A stretch of 64,000 bases of DNA, from positions 1,521 to 65,520 of the forward strand of contig CAZYTF010000001.1 of NCBI GenBank assembly GCA_964649535.1, written 5' to 3'. Each line of letters starts with the position of its first letter. Positions within the stretch are counted from its first letter, which is position 1. Under the pieces are notes generated by a model. It worked only from the letters and a program-made list of their open reading frames with translations, made no database searches and had not been told where the DNA came from. This DNA comes from an uncultured Candidatus Saccharibacteria bacterium (lineage in GTDB: Bacteria > Patescibacteriota > Minisyncoccia > Phycocordibacterales > UBA918). Below are positions 59,265-64,000 of the stretch, piece by piece. A program made the translations under genes and the position numbers.

Positions 59265-60653
59265 ATGGAAAACGTTGTTACGCTGCCAGTATTAAAAGGG
59301 CAAGGGTTTATCCTGCGCCATTTTGAATCAAACGACGCTGCTTCGCTGCAGCATCACCTCAACGATGAACGAGTGGCTCGCAAAGTGAGTCATATACCGT
59401 TTCCGTATACCATCGACCATGCACGAGATTGGATTTCTCGTACTGAAAGTTCAGTGTGCCTTAATTCCAATCGTATCGATTTTGTAATCGACATTGGCGG
59501 CGAAGCCGTGGGCTCAGTTGCCTTCATCAATATCGAAGGACATAAAGCTCAGTTGAGTTACTGGCTTAGTCCTGACTACTGGGGCAAGGGTATTGTCTCT
59601 GAGGCAGTGAAATTACTGCTCAGCTTTGGCTTTGTGATGCTGCCGCTTGAACGTGCCTATGGGTACGTATATAGCGAAAATACTGCTTCCGCCCGTGTGC
59701 TCCAAAAGTGTGGCTTTCGTTTTGAAGGTACACATAATCGAGAGTGGCGTAAGGTGATTGACGAAGAAGTGAAATTCTTCGATTCAAACTTTTATGCCGT
59801 ACTCCGGTCTGACGTGTTTCGGGAAGTTCGTGATGTGGTTGTATTCAAGTCTGACACTGAGGAGTCCGATCTCGCAAGTAAGGGGTTGGCACGTCAGCTC
59901 AGTGAGGTTGGTGTTAAGGTTCAGATAGCACATCGTGCCGATGAACTCACCGCTCCATTCAGTCTTGCCATTTCTGTGGGTGGTGATGGACAAATGATGA
60001 GAACTGTCCACACCATGTCGCCACTTTCTGTGCCAACTCTGGGCCTTAACGCCGGTAATGTTGGGTTTTTGACGAGTGCGAGAGTTAATCCCCTTGGGGT
60101 GAACCAGTCAGTGTTTCAGCGGATAGTTCAGGGAAACTTTCAGGTCGAACAGCGTCTGGGCATTCAATTTGAATTTGAAGGGCAGTCCTATGGCCCATTT
60201 TCTAATGAGGTTTTACTCAAAGTACCCAAGGGTATGGCGAGTTATGTCCTTAGCGTAAACCAAGAACAAGTATATGCGGACATGGCAGCTGACGGTATTC
60301 TTTTGGCAACAGCAACTGGTTCAACTGGATATAACACCGCTGCTGGAGGACCGATTATTTGGCCTGATTCTCGCAGTGTGGTTGCAACCGCTCTGAATCC
60401 GACAACGTTCAATGTGCGTCCGATTGTGTTTGGTCAACTTGCACAAGGAGGGGAAATATCACTTGGCGTAGCGAAACTGCACCATGATATTGAACCAGTT
60501 GTGTCCGCAGATGGAAAAGATCAGCTTGAAGGAAAAGGGTTGCGCTCGGGCGATGGGGTGGTGATACGTAGGTACCCTCGTCCAATGCTCTTTGCAACGT
60601 TTGGAAGTAGTTCATACCTCCATGCATTAAAAGAAAAAAAGGGATTTATGTAA
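59265..60653 (+). CDS. nadK: RimJ/RimL-type GNAT fused to NAD(+) kinase
   Basis: N-terminal LSYWL...YWGKG..SEA and N.ASARVLQKCGF; C-terminal GGDG, GNVGFL, NE, ADG...TGSTGY..AAGGP. Confidence 0.85.
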   Translation: MENVVTLPVLKGQGFILRHFESNDAASLQHHLNDERVARKVSHIPFPYTIDHARDWISRTESSVCLNSNRIDFVIDIGGEAVGSVAFINIEGHKAQLSYWLSPDYWGKGIVSEAVKLLLSFGFVMLPLERAYGYVYSENTASARVLQKCGFRFEGTHNREWRKVIDEEVKFFDSNFYAVLRSDVFREVRDVVVFKSDTEESDLASKGLARQLSEVGVKVQIAHRADELTAPFSLAISVGGDGQMMRTVHTMSPLSVPTLGLNAGNVGFLTSARVNPLGVNQSVFQRIVQGNFQVEQRLGIQFEFEGQSYGPFSNEVLLKVPKGMASYVLSVNQEQVYADMAADGILLATATGSTGYNTAAGGPIIWPDSRSVVATALNPTTFNVRPIVFGQLAQGGEISLGVAKLHHDIEPVVSADGKDQLEGKGLRSGDGVVIRRYPRPMLFATFGSSSYLHALKEKKGFM

Positions 60654-60744
60654 ACTTAAGAAGATGGGCGGCGAGTAACACACGCCGCCCTTTTATATAC
60701 ACCATACATAGTGTCGGCTTGAAATTAAGAATTAATAGTATAAG

Positions 60745-60765
60745 ATAGTGTCAGATATACACAAA
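60745..60765 (+). promoter_or_regulatory. NrtR-like operator at start of nudix-nadD-pncA-pncB operon
   Basis: ATAGTGT-cagatat-ACACAAA (GT-N7-AC core) overlapping promoter TTGAAA(60719)-16 bp-TAAGAT(60741). Confidence 0.6.
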
Positions 60766-60877
60766 GTAACGTATGGTAGTTCATTGAAACCTGAGCGGGA
60801 ACATAGACAAAACGCCATTTTAATGGTACTTTTCGACGAAATTGTACATCGCTCTTATAGAAAAACAGGAGAAAGAC

Positions 60878-61501
60878 ATGGCTAAAGTTAACAACTCATT
60901 GAACCACCAAATGTTCAAGCTTGCAGCTCCCGGCGCAGGTGCGATGGTCTTCCAGGAGTTGGATTCGAATACGTTTCGCGTTCTCCTCGCTATGAGGACA
61001 GCGCTTGTCGGACTGGGGCTTGGTATTACAGGCGGTGGGTTCATCGAATGTGGCGCTATCGACGCTCTGCAAGTGGACACCATCATTCAGACAGCTGATG
61101 AGGCCTATCGTGAGTTGTGTCAAGAGAATCTCGGCTTTGAAAATGTTGTTGATATTGATACATTCCTGCTTCACGCGCAGCCTATTGCACTCGTACATGC
61201 TCGTACAAATGACGTTAACCGCGTCCATTCTGTCAACATGTATGGCTTTCGTGCAAACGATAGCCAGTGGAACAGGATTGCTGCGCTTGAACCGGGTCTC
61301 GACAAAGAACGTACCGGACCGCTGCTTGAACACATTGTGCGATGGAAAGGGAAAATCGACCGTCGCGAGCCAGAGCGGTTTGTAACGATTGAGGATGCGC
61401 GTGGCAGATTCCTTGAACGCCATGACTTTCACCACAAGCATGAAATGCACACTGTTGCCTCAATTGCGTGGCATGCTCAAAATGGACGGCTGTTGCCCTA
61501 G
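60878..61501 (+). CDS. degenerate Nudix-like protein
   Basis: GITGGGFIE...AYRELCQENLG resembles an interrupted Nudix box; AGGAG SD. Confidence 0.55.
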   Translation: MAKVNNSLNHQMFKLAAPGAGAMVFQELDSNTFRVLLAMRTALVGLGLGITGGGFIECGAIDALQVDTIIQTADEAYRELCQENLGFENVVDIDTFLLHAQPIALVHARTNDVNRVHSVNMYGFRANDSQWNRIAALEPGLDKERTGPLLEHIVRWKGKIDRREPERFVTIEDARGRFLERHDFHHKHEMHTVASIAWHAQNGRLLP

Positions 61502-61510
61502 GAGTAAACC

Positions 61511-62170
61511 ATGTTGAAAAAAAGAGTAGGGATTCTCGGAACCTCCGCGAATCCCTTGCATGAGGGTCATGTCGCCCTCGCGCTTGAAGCACTTGCTGTT
61601 GCGCAGCTTGATGAAGTCCTTTTTATGGTCAACCAAAATCCATTTAAGGAGGTCAACGGCTTTGCACCAGTTGCGCATCGTTTGCACCTTGCTCATCTTG
61701 GGGTGCGCGCAAGTGGTCATCTCGGTAATGGTTTGAAAGTAAGTGAGTTCGAAGTGGTACTTCGTCAACTGGGCACTGAGAATGCAACAGCAGTAATGCT
61801 CGCACATTTTTCAAAGGCATATCCTGAACTCCAGCCAGTCTGGATGATGGGCACTGATAACTTTGTGTCTCTGCATACGTGGGGCGGTTGGCGCGACATC
61901 ATGGAGAAATACCCCGTTGTTGTGTTTGGACGCGATCAGAGCAGAGACGTTGCTCAGTATTCGATTGCTGCTACACAGTATCAGACACATGAGCGTGACG
62001 TCGTAAATTTTGATTGCGAACCTGGCACCTGGTGTTTTGTCGATGGAGTTTCTCACCTCGCATCGTCGACCTTGATTCGGGAGGCGTTGCTTCGGAAGGA
62101 GAAGCCCGAGTTCATTTGTGATGAGGCTGTTGCGTATATTCGAAAGTATCAACTATTCGGATGTGTGTGA
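61511..62170 (+). CDS. nadD: nicotinate-nucleotide adenylyltransferase
   Basis: GTSANPLHEGH, QNPFK, WMMGTDN..LHTW..W, SSTLIRE, V..YI.KY.LF. Confidence 0.88.
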   Translation: MLKKRVGILGTSANPLHEGHVALALEALAVAQLDEVLFMVNQNPFKEVNGFAPVAHRLHLAHLGVRASGHLGNGLKVSEFEVVLRQLGTENATAVMLAHFSKAYPELQPVWMMGTDNFVSLHTWGGWRDIMEKYPVVVFGRDQSRDVAQYSIAATQYQTHERDVVNFDCEPGTWCFVDGVSHLASSTLIREALLRKEKPEFICDEAVAYIRKYQLFGCV

Positions 62171-62176
62171 TGAGAT

Positions 62177-62267
62177 TCAGAAATTCTCATACCTGTCCGA
62201 CGACGCGAACCTCGCGCCGTCGGACACTATTGAGAGTTCCAGAGTTGGAATTCGTGGACGTTCTTTA
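62177..62267 (+). repeat. 91-bp structured direct repeat, copy 1 (nadD-pncA spacer)
   Basis: 90/91 identical to 63139..63229; hairpin tgtccgacg-a-cgcg-aacct-cgcg-c-cgtcggaca. Confidence 0.95.
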
Positions 62268-62292
62268 CAAGAGAAAAAAGGAGTAAGTCAAA

Positions 62293-63123
62293 ATGATACG
62301 TCGTCTTGCATTTATTATAGACCCACAAAATATGTTCATGACGTTGCCAGGAATGCCGTTGCCGGTGTTTGGTGCTGACCAGGACATGCTGCGTGTTGCA
62401 GTACGTCTGTTGCTCTATCCATTCTATTATGACGAAATCGTGGTTACGCTCGATACACACACTGAAGATCATATCGGGCACCCCGGACGGTGGTTGAATG
62501 ACCAGGGTCAGCAACCTCTGCCATTTACCGTTATTACTTCGGCTGAATACGAGGCAGGGAAGTGGTGTGCGGCCGATCCAGCGGACCAGGTATGGCAAGG
62601 TGACTACCTGCGACTGCTTGAAGCAACTGGTCGTGTGCATACTGTCTGGCCAGTGCATGGTCGGAAAGGTCATTTCGAACATAAGGTGTACAAGCCTCTG
62701 AAAGCCGCACTCGATACGTGGGAGCGCATTACTGGCAAGAAGGTGCGGTACATCGAAAAAGGTATGCATCGTGACACTGAGCAGTTTGGCGTGTTTGGTG
62801 CAAATGTCCCAATCACTGGAGCATCTGAGACAGAAATCAACATGGAACTGCTTGGCGAAGTAAACAGCTTCGATGCAACCCACTACTTTGGTGAAGCTTC
62901 CAGTCATTGTGCAAAGGACTCTGTTACACAGAACCTTGCGCATATACCTGAAGTTGATTTCTCCAAGTACACAGTCTTCCGTGACTGTATGTCGCCTGTT
63001 GCTGCAGTGGTTGATGAAAAAACTGGTGACGTGATTGTTGACTTTCCTGCACAAGCTGAAGCATGGTTTCATGAGCTGCAGGCAAAAGGAGTCAATGTCG
63101 TTAAGGCCGAAGATTACTTTTGA
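62293..63123 (+). CDS. pncA: nicotinamidase / isochorismatase-like cysteine hydrolase
   Basis: IIDPQN, TLDTH, WPVH, EKG, GEASSHC; context with nadD and pncB. Confidence 0.8.
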   Translation: MIRRLAFIIDPQNMFMTLPGMPLPVFGADQDMLRVAVRLLLYPFYYDEIVVTLDTHTEDHIGHPGRWLNDQGQQPLPFTVITSAEYEAGKWCAADPADQVWQGDYLRLLEATGRVHTVWPVHGRKGHFEHKVYKPLKAALDTWERITGKKVRYIEKGMHRDTEQFGVFGANVPITGASETEINMELLGEVNSFDATHYFGEASSHCAKDSVTQNLAHIPEVDFSKYTVFRDCMSPVAAVVDEKTGDVIVDFPAQAEAWFHELQAKGVNVVKAEDYF

Positions 63124-63138
63124 CACCTGAGCAATTTC

Positions 63139-63229
63139 TCAGAAATTCTCATGCCTGTCCGACGACGCGAACCTCGCGCCGTCGGACACTATTGAGAGTT
63201 CCAGAGTTGGAATTCGTGGACGTTCTTTA
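63139..63229 (+). repeat. 91-bp structured direct repeat, copy 2 (pncA-pncB spacer)
   Basis: Near-identical to 62177..62267; runs into boxA-like GTTCTTTAACA. Confidence 0.95.
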
Positions 63230-63261
63230 ACAATTGAATAGAGAGAAACAGGAGTGAAACG

Positions 63262-64000
63262 ATGATTAAGAATCTGCTCTGGAATCCTGACGTGCCGATT
63301 GTCCGCCGTGCGGATGAAAACGACGTATACAAGATTCTGATGATGTATCTCATTTGGAAGTACTATCCGAATCTTCGTGTGAAGTTTGGTTTCAAAAATC
63401 GCACAAAGACAGTTGTATTGTCAGAGTATGTTGATCTGCTTGAACTGCAGGAACAGCTTCGCGAAACTGCAAAACTTCAGTTCACTGAAGAGATTATCGC
63501 AGTGTATCGTACCTGGGATATGTTCCCTGAAGATTTTCTTCAGGCACTTGCAGACATCAAGCTTTCTGCACCAACGGTGTACAAGGAAGATGGACAGCTG
63601 AAGATTGATATCGAAGGTCTTTGGTTTGAAGTGACCCTCTGGGAGATTTATATTCTATGTACGGTTTCTGAGTTGTATGGTCGAGCACGTGCGCGTGCCG
63701 AAAGTATAACTGAGGCAGCACTGTGGAAACAGGGCAATATCCTGCTGAGTGAAAAGATTAAGCTTTTCAAGGCAAATCCTGATTTGCGTATTGCGCAGTT
63801 TGGTCTGCGCCGTCGCTTCAGTGTGCTTTGGGAAGACCACATTACTGAGCGTCTATTGACCGAATGTCCTGGTGTCATCACTGGGGTATCCAACATGTAT
63901 ATTGCGGACAAGTTCGGAATGCCTGCACAGGGTACCAATGCTCACGAATTGCCTATGGCTCTTACGGCGCTTGCGCGTCATGAAGGTCCAGAAGCAATGC
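63262..64000 (+). CDS. pncB: nicotinate phosphoribosyltransferase, 3'-truncated by window edge (absent from ORF track)
   Basis: Manual translation: DVYKILM, FKNR, GLWFEVTLWEI, FGLRRRFS, GVSN, GTNAHE; AGGAG SD. Confidence 0.9.
   Translation, partial: MIKNLLWNPDVPIVRRADENDVYKILMMYLIWKYYPNLRVKFGFKNRTKTVVLSEYVDLLELQEQLRETAKLQFTEEIIAVYRTWDMFPEDFLQALADIKLSAPTVYKEDGQLKIDIEGLWFEVTLWEIYILCTVSELYGRARARAESITEAALWKQGNILLSEKIKLFKANPDLRIAQFGLRRRFSVLWEDHITERLLTECPGVITGVSNMYIADKFGMPAQGTNAHELPMALTALARHEGPEAM

Noticed and set aside
62160-62200. Possible hammerhead ribozyme (tgatga...gaaa)
   Set aside because: Lacks the C of CUGAUGA and a stem II, and the pattern is absent from copy 2
62227-63126. 299-aa minus-strand ORF
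   Set aside because: Lies opposite pncA with no recognisable motifs, like the many other antisense ORFs over conserved genes
62177-63229. 91-bp repeats as CRISPR repeats or integron attC sites
   Set aside because: Only two copies, too long, separated by a whole gene; no RYYYAAC/GTTRRRY ends and no cas or integrase gene in the window
57272-64000. Direct call as phage NARP1/NARP2 or a prophage
   Set aside because: The transferase has PncB-type motifs and sits with PncA and NadD; no phage structural or integration genes are present
1-64000. Alternative genetic code (TGA recoding)
   Set aside because: Conserved genes are uninterrupted in code 11, and TGA ends genes such as nadD, pncA and apt

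Overview
64 kb of a bacterial chromosome in genetic code 11. It is very likely Patescibacteria/CPR (Parcubacteria-like): rpmD/L30 is absent between rpsE and rplO, ComEC is split, and core genes lack Shine-Dalgarno (SD) sites. The window holds tpiA-pgk, recJ, comEC, sod and rpmB, then a str/S10/spc ribosomal-protein cluster broken into separately promoted pieces by accessory insertions, then secY-adk-map-ndk, a probable 6S RNA and infC-rpmI-rplT. The last ~8.6 kb is an NAD+/PRPP salvage island, unexpected in a minimal-metabolism lineage: NrtR, an APRT-Nudix fusion, a divergent Prs, a TrmB-like regulator, a GNAT-NAD kinase fusion, a Nudix-like protein, NadD, PncA and PncB (cut by the window edge). 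The island carries non-coding signals. A 91-bp structured element with mutually exclusive pairings is duplicated almost exactly in front of pncA and pncB. A boxA-like motif precedes six of its genes, and there are NrtR-like operators and a second shared 19-bp operator. This island and its RNA element are the best candidate for an undescribed system. All family assignments come from motifs read by eye, not database searches. No tRNA, rRNA, CRISPR array, transposase or integrase was recognised.
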